Shown here: one piece after another, positions 1 through 6,966 of the stretch
How positions within the stretch are numbered: the stretch's first letter is position 1
Layout of the letters: every line of letters begins with the position of its first letter
From: Candidatus Bipolaricaulia bacterium
Lineage (GTDB): Bacteria; Bipolaricaulota; Bipolaricaulia; RBG-16-55-9
Assembly (NCBI GenBank): GCA_042219045.1
Contig: JBDGQO010000034.1
Coordinates: forward strand, 1 to 14,910
Reading direction: 5' to 3'
Length of the DNA stretch: 14,910 nucleotides
Notes under the pieces: generated by a model
The model's input: the letters and a program-made list of their open reading frames with translations, nothing else
Told to the model about the DNA's origin: nothing
Databases searched by the model: none
Made by a program: the position numbers and the translations under genes

Positions 1-4
1 AGGC

Positions 5-41
5 AAAAGAAGAGGGCGGGGTTTATAGGACCCCGCCCTCT
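5..41 (-). terminator. Rho-independent terminator downstream of the Tat-signal gene
   Basis: Perfect 12-bp inverted repeat AGAGGGCGGGGT (11-22) / ACCCCGCCCTCT (30-41) with a 7-nt loop. On the minus strand it is followed by TCTTTT and lies 12 nt past the stop codon at 54. Confidence 0.85.
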
Positions 42-53
42 GGAACAGGGACG

Positions 54-602
54 TCACTCCACCGTCAACGCGTACGGAAAGGTCACAGCGTCCGTGGACC
101 CGATGATCTCCAAGGATCCGGTGCCGCCGTCGCCGTCTTCCACCGTGAGGGTGTACTTGACGCGGCCGCTGACGTTGGGCGGAATCGTCCACGCCGCCGT
201 CCAGAAGAAAATCTGGTTGTCGCTGTCCGGCGGGTGCGGTCCGTGCTCCATCTCCAGCGTGTCCTGGCCCTCGACTTCAACGCTCATGGACAAGCCGCGG
301 CTGTCCACCGCGTCGGGCGCGTTGACGAGCTCGCCGGTGCTGGCGTCGTAGACCATGGCGCGCCAGACCACCTGTTCGCCCTGGCTGAACACCGTGGTGC
401 CCACGCAGGACGGGCCGGTCGGGCTGCCGCCGGAACCGCGCGCGACGTCGGCTACGATCACGTAATCTTGGCCGTTTTGCGCCGCGGCCTTGAAGTTGCT
501 GAACGCCCACTGAGTGAACGCCAGACCACCGGCGGCAGCCGCTGCGTTGCGCAGGAAACTGCGGCGGTTGAGTCCCTGCTCCTGGACTGTGTCTGTCGAC
601 AT
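54..602 (-). CDS. Tat-exported acidic protein of unknown function, probably a beta-sandwich/Ig-like fold
   Basis: Twin-arginine motif NRRSFLR, an Ala/Gly-rich hydrophobic region and an AxA-type cleavage site (AAA-Q). Strong RBS AGGAGG 6 nt upstream of the ATG. Followed by a terminator. Confidence 0.85.
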   Translation of the reverse strand: MSTDTVQEQGLNRRSFLRNAAAAAGGLAFTQWAFSNFKAAAQNGQDYVIVADVARGSGGSPTGPSCVGTTVFSQGEQVVWRAMVYDASTGELVNAPDAVDSRGLSMSVEVEGQDTLEMEHGPHPPDSDNQIFFWTAAWTIPPNVSGRVKYTLTVEDGDGGTGSLEIIGSTDAVTFPYALTVE

Positions 603-716
603 AGAACTCCTCCTTTTGTGAGGTGTGTGTCTCGATTTGTGGTGGCCCCGTTCTCGGGCGGTCTCGACGTTGCGATGTTGCCCTCTCGCGTCAGAGGGAA
701 TCGCTGCTTTCGTTCT

Positions 717-1244
717 CTATCCTGTCAAATAACGGAGGAAAGGGAATCGTTCCTCAAAGGGTCGGACAAATCGATCCAGGCCCCAGTGATAACCGGGCCC
801 CAACGCGGGGAACAGCGCGAAGACCAGGAAGTAGATCAACTGCTGATTGACCCAGCCGAACTGGGGCGGAATGTTGGAAAGATAGAACGTGATCATCATG
901 AGGGCGCCGCCGATGGCGGCGAGGCGGACGAACAACCCCAGGATCATGGCCGCTCCCACGGCGATGGACCCGAAGATCACCAGGAACAGGATCACCGGGC
1001 TCTCCCAAAGCGCCAAAAAGGGACCGGCAAATGGCCCTTCCACGGTCCGGGGCAGGAAGCCGCCGATCTGCACCCAGGCGTCCCAGCCGCCCTCGGTCAG
1101 CAACCGGACGCCGACGGTCAGCACGAGCGCGCCAAGCGCCACTCGCATGAGCAGCATCCAGAATTTGGCCAGCGTGGTCGGTTCGTCGGATTGCCCTTGT
1201 TGGACCGTTTGAACTCCACCGCGGACATGCTGTTCCGCACCCAT
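717..1244 (-). CDS. DoxX / TQO small-subunit DoxD-like membrane protein (about 4 TM)
   Basis: Motifs LLMRVALG, AMILGLFVRLAA and C-terminal GPGYHWGLD are typical of the DoxX superfamily. The ATG at 1244 has RBS GAGGTG 6 nt upstream. The ORF-track start at 1253 lies inside this RBS. Confidence 0.8.
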   Translation of the reverse strand: MGAEQHVRGGVQTVQQGQSDEPTTLAKFWMLLMRVALGALVLTVGVRLLTEGGWDAWVQIGGFLPRTVEGPFAGPFLALWESPVILFLVIFGSIAVGAAMILGLFVRLAAIGGALMMITFYLSNIPPQFGWVNQQLIYFLVFALFPALGPGYHWGLDRFVRPFEERFPFLRYLTG

Positions 1245-1258
1245 GATGATCACCTCGT

Positions 1259-1316
1259 ATGATCTTACTCAACACCATAATTGATCACAGTCAGGCGTTG
1301 CCATGATCTAGATCAC
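1259..1316. promoter_or_regulatory. Triple array of Crp/Fnr-type boxes over the predicted doxX-like promoter
   Basis: ATGAT-CTTA-CTCAA (1259-1272), TTGAT-CACA-GTCAG (1281-1294) and ATGAT-CTAG-ATCAC (1303-1316), at 22-bp pitch. Minus-strand -10-like TATGGT at 1279-1274 lies 23 nt from the 1303 box. Confidence 0.7.
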
Positions 1317-1383
1317 TGACTCGTGAACTCTGATTTTTATCCCGGTGACCCTTATCGACGATCGACGTGGCCGCTGGAGCAGA

Positions 1384-1448
1384 TTGATTCACATCAGCCG
1401 TAATGTTGATGTCGGTCATGGGGCGCCCGCGTTGTTCGCCCTTAGAAT
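1384..1448 (+). promoter_or_regulatory. Tandem Fnr-type boxes plus -10 element (class II-like promoter of the Rieske/cyt b operon)
   Basis: TTGAT-TCAC-ATCAG (1384-1397) and TTGAT-GTCG-GTCAT (1406-1419), 22 bp apart. TAGAAT at 1443-1448 puts the proximal box near -42. RBS GAGGAGG at 1465-1471. Confidence 0.75.
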
Positions 1449-1478
1449 AAGCGTCTGCTCGCACGAGGAGGGCCTCGG

Positions 1479-1958
1479 ATGGAGCGCGATCACAGCGTGT
1501 CCGATGGGACTGACCACGAACGGCGTTCGTTCATCCAACGCCTGCTGCAGACGGTCTGCGGCATCGGCGGGCTTGGCGTGCTGGGTGGGATCGGGGCGTT
1601 CCTCTTTCCGCCCGAGCGGCAGGCGTTTCGTCCCGGCCCTGCCCGCCTGCACGTCGGCCCCGCGGACGCCTTTGACGTCGGCGAGGGCCGGCAAGTCCAG
1701 TTTGAAGGCACGCCCGTCTGGGTGCTGCGGCTGCCCAGCGGGTTCGCCGCGTTCAGCGCGATCTGCACCCACAAGGGCTGCATCATCGACTGGGACGAGA
1801 CCCGACGACTCTTGCGCTGTCCCTGCCACGGTGGCCTGTTCGACACCCACGGCAACGTCGCGTCTGGCCTGCCGCGGCACCCGCTGCCCCGGATCGACGT
1901 CGGCGTCGTGCGCGGCGAGGTGGTCTTGACCGCGGAGGAGGACGAGGACGCCGTATGA
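1479..1958 (+). CDS. qcrA: Rieske [2Fe-2S] subunit of a Rieske/cytochrome b complex
   Basis: Tat anchor ERRSFI followed by a TM helix. Rieske boxes CTHKGC and CPCHG. ATGA overlap with the cytochrome b gene. Confidence 0.93.
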   Translation: MERDHSVSDGTDHERRSFIQRLLQTVCGIGGLGVLGGIGAFLFPPERQAFRPGPARLHVGPADAFDVGEGRQVQFEGTPVWVLRLPSGFAAFSAICTHKGCIIDWDETRRLLRCPCHGGLFDTHGNVASGLPRHPLPRIDVGVVRGEVVLTAEEDEDAV

Positions 1959-2614
1959 GCATCTGGGCGCGCGCGCGAACGTCGCTCGGGCAGGAGCTGG
2001 ATCAGCCCGTCTCCCCGTCGATTGGATGGCGGCATGTTATCGGCGCACTGACGGTCTTCTTCTTCGTTGTCGAGATCCTGACCGGAATTCTCTTGATGGT
2101 CTACTATCAACCCACCGCCGGCGACGCCTACGACAGCGTCCAGTACATCATGAGCACGGCCAACCTGGGGTGGCTCGTGCGCGGGCTCCACGTCTGGGCC
2201 GGCACGCTGCTCGTGTTGTTCGCGCTCCTGCACTTGGTTCGCGTCTGGGGCCAAGGGGCCTACCGCGGCGGCCGCGGCTTCAATTGGGGCCTCGGTGTCT
2301 TGCTGTTGCTGATGCTCTTGGCCTTCGGCTTCACCGGGATGCTGTTGCCATGGGATCAGGCCGCGTTCTGGACCATCGACGAGGCCCGCGAGGCCATCTC
2401 CCACGTTCCGTTCTTGGGGCCGCTGCTGTTGGGCGTGCTGTGGGGCGGCATCGAGGAGCTGGGCGAGGGCGCGCTGCTGCGTTTCTACGTCTTCCACGTC
2501 GGGCTGCTGCCCTGGATCACGGTGGCGCTGTTGGGATTGCACCTCTATCTCGTCGGACGCCAGGGGCTCCATCACCCGGGCGACGATGAGCGCGAAGCGG
2601 GGGATGAGAAATGA
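1955..2614 (+). CDS. qcrB: Cytochrome b6-type (split) cytochrome b of a Rieske/cytochrome b complex
   Basis: Motifs ILTGILLMVYYQP, AYDSV, GWLVRGLH, GFTGMLLPWDQ and LRFYVFH. Four heme-b His, spaced 13 residues in helix B and 14 in helix D (b6-like). 219 aa. Confidence 0.93.
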   Translation: MSIWARARTSLGQELDQPVSPSIGWRHVIGALTVFFFVVEILTGILLMVYYQPTAGDAYDSVQYIMSTANLGWLVRGLHVWAGTLLVLFALLHLVRVWGQGAYRGGRGFNWGLGVLLLLMLLAFGFTGMLLPWDQAAFWTIDEAREAISHVPFLGPLLLGVLWGGIEELGEGALLRFYVFHVGLLPWITVALLGLHLYLVGRQGLHHPGDDEREAGDEK

Positions 2615-4194
2615 ACCGGCGCACGGTCGCGGACCTGCTCCTCGACGGGTTCATCGTCTTGTTGTTGGCGATCGGCGTGCTCGGGACGCTCGCGGTCGTC
2701 TTCACGCCCCTATTGGGCCAGCCGGTCGACCCGCTCGCCGGGACCGAGCCAAGCCCTGTCTGGTATTTCCTCCCGTTCTATGCGCTCGATCAACTGCTGC
2801 CCGTGGGGGCGGGATTGTTGGTGGTGGCCGCGCTGTTTCTGGGACTGCTCGCCGTGCCGATTCTGGATCGAGCCACCGGGCGTTCGCGGCTCGTGACGCT
2901 CGCCGTCGGCGCCGGGGTGTTCGGCCTGCTGGTTGCGCTCGGGGCCTCCGTCGCCTACGGACAAGCCGCGCAGACTCCGTTCCAAGAGGCGGTCCGGACC
3001 CCGAGCCAGCATATCGAGCCCTTGCCGCGCAAGGTGCCGCTAGCCAAAAGCCAGTGCACCGTCTGTCACAGCGAGATCAAGCCCGACTACAAGGGCAATC
3101 GCCACGCCGAAGCGGGCGTGACGTGCGTGCAGTGCCACGGCGGCGATCCGACGACGTTGGACGAAGCTCAGGCCCATGCTGACGATGCCGGGTATCGCGG
3201 CACGCCCACGCGTCAAGAGCAACCGCTGTTGTGCGCGGGCTGCCATTCCGATCCCGAGCGCATGAAGCCCTACGGCATCGCTACGGACCAGTTCGAGAAA
3301 TACCTGACGTCCACGCACGGCCGACGGTGGCAACGGGGCAATACCGATGTCGCCGTCTGCACCGACTGCCACTCGTCCCACCAGGTCCTACCGACGTTCG
3401 ACCCGCGCAGCCCCGTCTATAAGCTGAACATTCCCTCGACGTGTGCCCAGTGCCACAGCGACCCGCAGCGCATGGCGCCCTACGACGTCCCGACCGACAT
3501 CGTTGCCAAGTATCGCACAAGCGTCCATGGTCGATCGCTGTTGCAGACGGGCAACGACAACGCCCCGAGCTGCGCGGACTGCCACGGCAGCCACGGCGCG
3601 TCCCCGCCGGGCACCTCGACGGTCAACGACGTCTGCGGCACGTGCCACCAAGTGGAGCGTCAATACGACGAGGCGAGTCCCCACGGCGAGGTCACGGCCG
3701 AGAACAAGCGCCCGACGTGTGCGACGTGTCACAACAGCCACGACATCTCGTCCGTGGATCTGACCTCCCCCAAGCTGAGCCAGCGCTTCAAGACCATGTG
3801 TGCCGAGTGCCACGCCGAGGGCTCCGAGGCGCTCAACACAGGGCTCAAGCTGGCCACATTGGTGGGCGGCACGCAGCGCGCGCTGGCCAATGCCCGTGAG
3901 GCGCTGGATCGAGCCGATCGCCGCGGGTTCGACGTCGAGCCCTATCGCTCGCGCATGACCGAGGCCCGCGCGTATCTCATCCGGGCGCTGCCGGTGCAGC
4001 ACAGCATGCGGGTAAGCAAGGTCGAGGATCTAACACGCCGCGCCCGATCCGTCGCCGAATCCGTCCGGAGTCAAGCCCACGGCCTTCTGGGCGCGCAACA
4101 GGTTCGACTCGTCGGCCTGGCGCTCGTCTGGGGCTTTCTGGCGCTGGGCTTGGTCGTGGCGCTTTTGTACCGCCGGGAGCGGCGCCAGAGGTGA
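2611..4194 (+). CDS. Subunit IV (cyt b C-terminal part, QcrC-like) fused to a 9-heme cytochrome c with a C-terminal TM anchor
   Basis: Three N-terminal TM helices with the Qo-loop motif PVWYFLPFY (PEWY equivalent). Nine CxxCH motifs, then a long helical segment, a C-terminal TM and RRERRQR. ATGA overlap with the upstream gene. Confidence 0.88.
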   Translation: MNRRTVADLLLDGFIVLLLAIGVLGTLAVVFTPLLGQPVDPLAGTEPSPVWYFLPFYALDQLLPVGAGLLVVAALFLGLLAVPILDRATGRSRLVTLAVGAGVFGLLVALGASVAYGQAAQTPFQEAVRTPSQHIEPLPRKVPLAKSQCTVCHSEIKPDYKGNRHAEAGVTCVQCHGGDPTTLDEAQAHADDAGYRGTPTRQEQPLLCAGCHSDPERMKPYGIATDQFEKYLTSTHGRRWQRGNTDVAVCTDCHSSHQVLPTFDPRSPVYKLNIPSTCAQCHSDPQRMAPYDVPTDIVAKYRTSVHGRSLLQTGNDNAPSCADCHGSHGASPPGTSTVNDVCGTCHQVERQYDEASPHGEVTAENKRPTCATCHNSHDISSVDLTSPKLSQRFKTMCAECHAEGSEALNTGLKLATLVGGTQRALANAREALDRADRRGFDVEPYRSRMTEARAYLIRALPVQHSMRVSKVEDLTRRARSVAESVRSQAHGLLGAQQVRLVGLALVWGFLALGLVVALLYRRERRQR

Positions 4195-4199
4195 GCTGA

Positions 4200-6038
4200 A
4201 TGGACGTGATCCGGCGCTGGCGACGCACGTCTTGGCTGCTGCGGCTGCTCTGGATCGCCATCGTCCTGTTGCCCTTGGGGGTTGCCGCGGCCTTCGTCGG
4301 CATCGAAGTGAGCTCCCAGCCCGGCTTCTGCGGCACGTGCCACGTTATGGCGCCCTATTATGAGTCCTGGAAAACCTCCTCGCACGACGACGTCAAATGC
4401 GTGGAGTGCCATATTCCTCCAGGCATCACCAACGAACTCCGCAAGAAGTTCGAGGCCTCGTCCATGGTCGTGAGCTACTTCACCGGCACCTACGGCACCA
4501 AGCCCTGGGCGGAAGTCCCCGACGCCAGCTGCCTGCGGCCTGGGTGTCACGAACAGCGGCTCCTGTCCGGCCGCGAGGTTTACGAGAACGTCGTCTTCGA
4601 TCATCAGGACCATCTGACCGAGATGCGCCGCGGCAAGGAGCTGCGCTGCACCTCATGCCATAGCCAGATCGTGCAGGGCAAGCACATCGCCGTCACCAAG
4701 AGCACCTGCTTCCTGTGCCACTTCAAGGACCAGCCGATCAACCATGGCACTGCGACCTGCACGCTCTGCCACGACGTACCCGAGAAGACCGTCACCACGG
4801 GCGGTCTGAAGTTCGATCACGGCGACGTCAAGCGCTACGACATGAACTGCGCCAACTGTCACTCCGGCGTCGTGCAGGGTCAGGGCAACGTGCCGGAGAG
4901 TCGTTGCGTAAGCTGCCACAACAAGCCAGCACGCTTGCAGCGCTACGAGGAGACACAATTCCTGCATGAGAAGCACGTGACTGAGCACAAAGTCGAGTGC
5001 CTCCAGTGCCACAACGAGATCCAGCACGAGTCGTCGGAACGCTTAAAGCACGCGGAGGGCAACTGCGCCACATGCCATGCCGATGGCGGCCACTCGCCGC
5101 AGCGTGACCTCTATGTGGGGCTCGGGGCCAAGGACGTCGAGCCCCGCGCGAGCAAGATGTATCTGGCGGGGGTCCGTTGCGAGAGCTGCCACATCCTGAC
5201 GGAAGGCGACCGCAAGGTGGCCAGTTCGATCAGTTGCATGTCCTGCCACGGGGCCGACTTTAAGCCCGTCTACGCCAACTGGACGGACACCATGAAGCGT
5301 CGCTTGGATCGACTCAAGGCGGAGCGCAAGCGGGTCGCCTCCCAAGTGCCCGACAGTTCCGAGGCCTACCAACGGGCGAATGCGAACATCGACTTCGTGG
5401 AGCGGGCCCGCGCCATCCATAATCCGCGCTACGCCTCCGACATCCTTGAACGCGCCCATCAAGACCTCCGCCAAGCCCTGCAGAGCGCCAGCGCCAGCGT
5501 CCCGACGCAGTTGAAGTTGCCACCGTGGCCCGAGGTCAACTATAAGACCGACTGCATCGGATGCCACCTGGACGCGGCGGGCGAGGTCGTCCCAACCGAC
5601 CGCGGGCCGTTCCGGCACAAGCCCCACGCCGTCGACGGCGGGGTCAACTGCACCACGTGCCACCAGTCGGCGTCCTATCAGCAGTCGAGCCATGGCAACG
5701 TGGCCCGGTCCTGTGCGTCCTGTCACCCGAGCCAACCGACCATGGCGCAGGCCTCAACGGTCGACTGTCAGGGTTGCCATGCCGAGCCCATCGAGGTGAC
5801 CTCGGACGAGGCCCAGTTCTCGCACAACGGGCACGTGCAGAGCGCCGGCGTCGACTGCACCGAGTGCCACACGAGCGTCCCCGAGACCGATCATCTCGAA
5901 CTCATGAAGCGCGCCCCCGAGGACGCCCTCCCCACCCTGGATCACGAGCTCTGCCAGGACTGCCACGACGGCGTGCCGCCCGTGGAGGGTTCGTCCGTGC
6001 AGCCGTGCCTGATGTGTCATCCCGACTTCGAGCAATAG
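4200..6038 (+). CDS. Membrane-anchored 19-heme cytochrome c with a NapC/NirT/NrfH-type N-terminal domain (paralog A)
   Basis: Basic N-terminus plus TM. FCGTCHVM...WKTSSH...CVECH is the NapC/NrfH signature. 18 CxxCH plus one CX4CH. RBS GAGGTG. Confidence 0.9.
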   Translation: MDVIRRWRRTSWLLRLLWIAIVLLPLGVAAAFVGIEVSSQPGFCGTCHVMAPYYESWKTSSHDDVKCVECHIPPGITNELRKKFEASSMVVSYFTGTYGTKPWAEVPDASCLRPGCHEQRLLSGREVYENVVFDHQDHLTEMRRGKELRCTSCHSQIVQGKHIAVTKSTCFLCHFKDQPINHGTATCTLCHDVPEKTVTTGGLKFDHGDVKRYDMNCANCHSGVVQGQGNVPESRCVSCHNKPARLQRYEETQFLHEKHVTEHKVECLQCHNEIQHESSERLKHAEGNCATCHADGGHSPQRDLYVGLGAKDVEPRASKMYLAGVRCESCHILTEGDRKVASSISCMSCHGADFKPVYANWTDTMKRRLDRLKAERKRVASQVPDSSEAYQRANANIDFVERARAIHNPRYASDILERAHQDLRQALQSASASVPTQLKLPPWPEVNYKTDCIGCHLDAAGEVVPTDRGPFRHKPHAVDGGVNCTTCHQSASYQQSSHGNVARSCASCHPSQPTMAQASTVDCQGCHAEPIEVTSDEAQFSHNGHVQSAGVDCTECHTSVPETDHLELMKRAPEDALPTLDHELCQDCHDGVPPVEGSSVQPCLMCHPDFEQ

Positions 6039-6107
6039 GCCGCATCCGCTGAAACCCATCGGAGGAAGAGTCGGGCCTGGAGCTCGCGTTCAGTCGACGG
6101 GGCGCAG

Positions 6108-6158
6108 TTGAGCTTGGTCATGGATGGGGTTGACGCAGATCAAGCAGTAGTGTATATT
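6108..6158 (+). promoter_or_regulatory. Sigma70-type promoter of Crp/Fnr regulator 1, overlapped by tandem Fnr-type boxes
   Basis: TTGACG (6130-6135), 17-nt spacer, TATATT (6153-6158). Boxes TTGAG-CTTG-GTCAT (6108-6121) and TTGAC-GCAG-ATCAA (6130-6143), 22 bp apart. The second box sits on the -35. Confidence 0.75.
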
Positions 6159-6213
6159 TAAGTCTGGATTTGGACAGTTATCGGGGCTCGGGCGAAGGGA
6201 GGACGAATCCACG

Positions 6214-6966
6214 ATGATGTTTCCGGCGAGCCGCACGGTTCAGAGGACGAGCACCTGTCCGAGCTGCCCCAACTCCCAGTGCCTGTCGATCTTCGCCGAC
6301 TTGGCCCCTGACGCGTGGCAACAGCTGCAGAATCACATGAACCGGCTCCATTACCATGCTGGCGATGTGCTATACCGAGAGGGGACGCCGATCTTCGGCG
6401 TCTACATCGTCTGTTCCGGCCAGGTGAAACTGACCCAACGCGACGAGAAGCACCGCCTCATCCTGAAGATCGTCGGCCCTTCGGGCGCCCTCGGCGAGGA
6501 GGAGATGTTCAACGACGTCTATTCCGCCACGGCGGAGGCGCTGGAGCCGACCCAGGTGATGTTTATGCCGCGCGAGCAATTTCTGACGTTCATGCAGGCA
6601 CATCCCGAGCTTTTGCTCAAACTGGCGGCGCGGCTCTCCCTCCAAGTCAAGGGCTTCCAAGCCAAGGTCATGGAGGCGGCCTACGAGGAGGTCGAGGCGC
6701 GGTTGGCGCGCATCCTGCTCCGCTTGGCCGACAATGGCGGCGCCGACACGAGCGCTGGCACGGAACTGCAACTGAAGCTGAGCCGCGCGGACCTCGCCGA
6801 ATTGGCGGGCATCTCCACCGAAACGGCGATCCGAACGCTTCGGGCGTTCGCGGATCGCGGGCTGATTGACCTGGATCGCCGCCGAATCGTCCTCCGGGGG
6901 GACCGGGCCGGCCTCGAGGCCTTGGTCGAACCGTTGATGTCCGAGATGGCCGAAACCCTCTACTAG
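6214..6966 (+). CDS. Crp/Fnr family transcriptional regulator with an N-terminal Cys cluster
   Basis: cNMP-binding-like domain (GDVLYREG, YIVCSGQVKL, ATAEALE) and Crp-type HTH (LSRADLAELAGISTETAIR). N-terminal CPSCPNSQC. RBS GGGAGG at 6197-6202. Confidence 0.92.
   Translation: MMFPASRTVQRTSTCPSCPNSQCLSIFADLAPDAWQQLQNHMNRLHYHAGDVLYREGTPIFGVYIVCSGQVKLTQRDEKHRLILKIVGPSGALGEEEMFNDVYSATAEALEPTQVMFMPREQFLTFMQAHPELLLKLAARLSLQVKGFQAKVMEAAYEEVEARLARILLRLADNGGADTSAGTELQLKLSRADLAELAGISTETAIRTLRAFADRGLIDLDRRRIVLRGDRAGLEALVEPLMSEMAETLY

Noticed and set aside
681..698. Hairpin CCCTCT-N6-AGAGGG between doxX-like and Tat genes
   Set aside because: Short stem without a U-tract; could be chance. No recognisable riboswitch or ncRNA.
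234..1262. 342-aa + strand ORF
   Set aside because: Antisense shadow of the DoxX and Tat genes, which have motifs, RBSs and a terminator. No recognisable motif of its own.
1330..1358. Additional partial boxes CTGAT-TTTT-ATCCC and GTGAC-CCTT-ATCGA
   Set aside because: They lack the TCA half-core and are out of 22-bp phase.
1259..1419. 22-bp periodic elements as a CRISPR array, iteron or tandem repeat
   Set aside because: Only the palindromic TGA-N6-TCA core recurs. There are no identical repeats, spacers, cas or rep genes. Better explained as regulator sites.
1490..2575. 361-aa - strand ORF
   Set aside because: Antisense to the Rieske and cytochrome b genes; typical high-GC shadow ORF.
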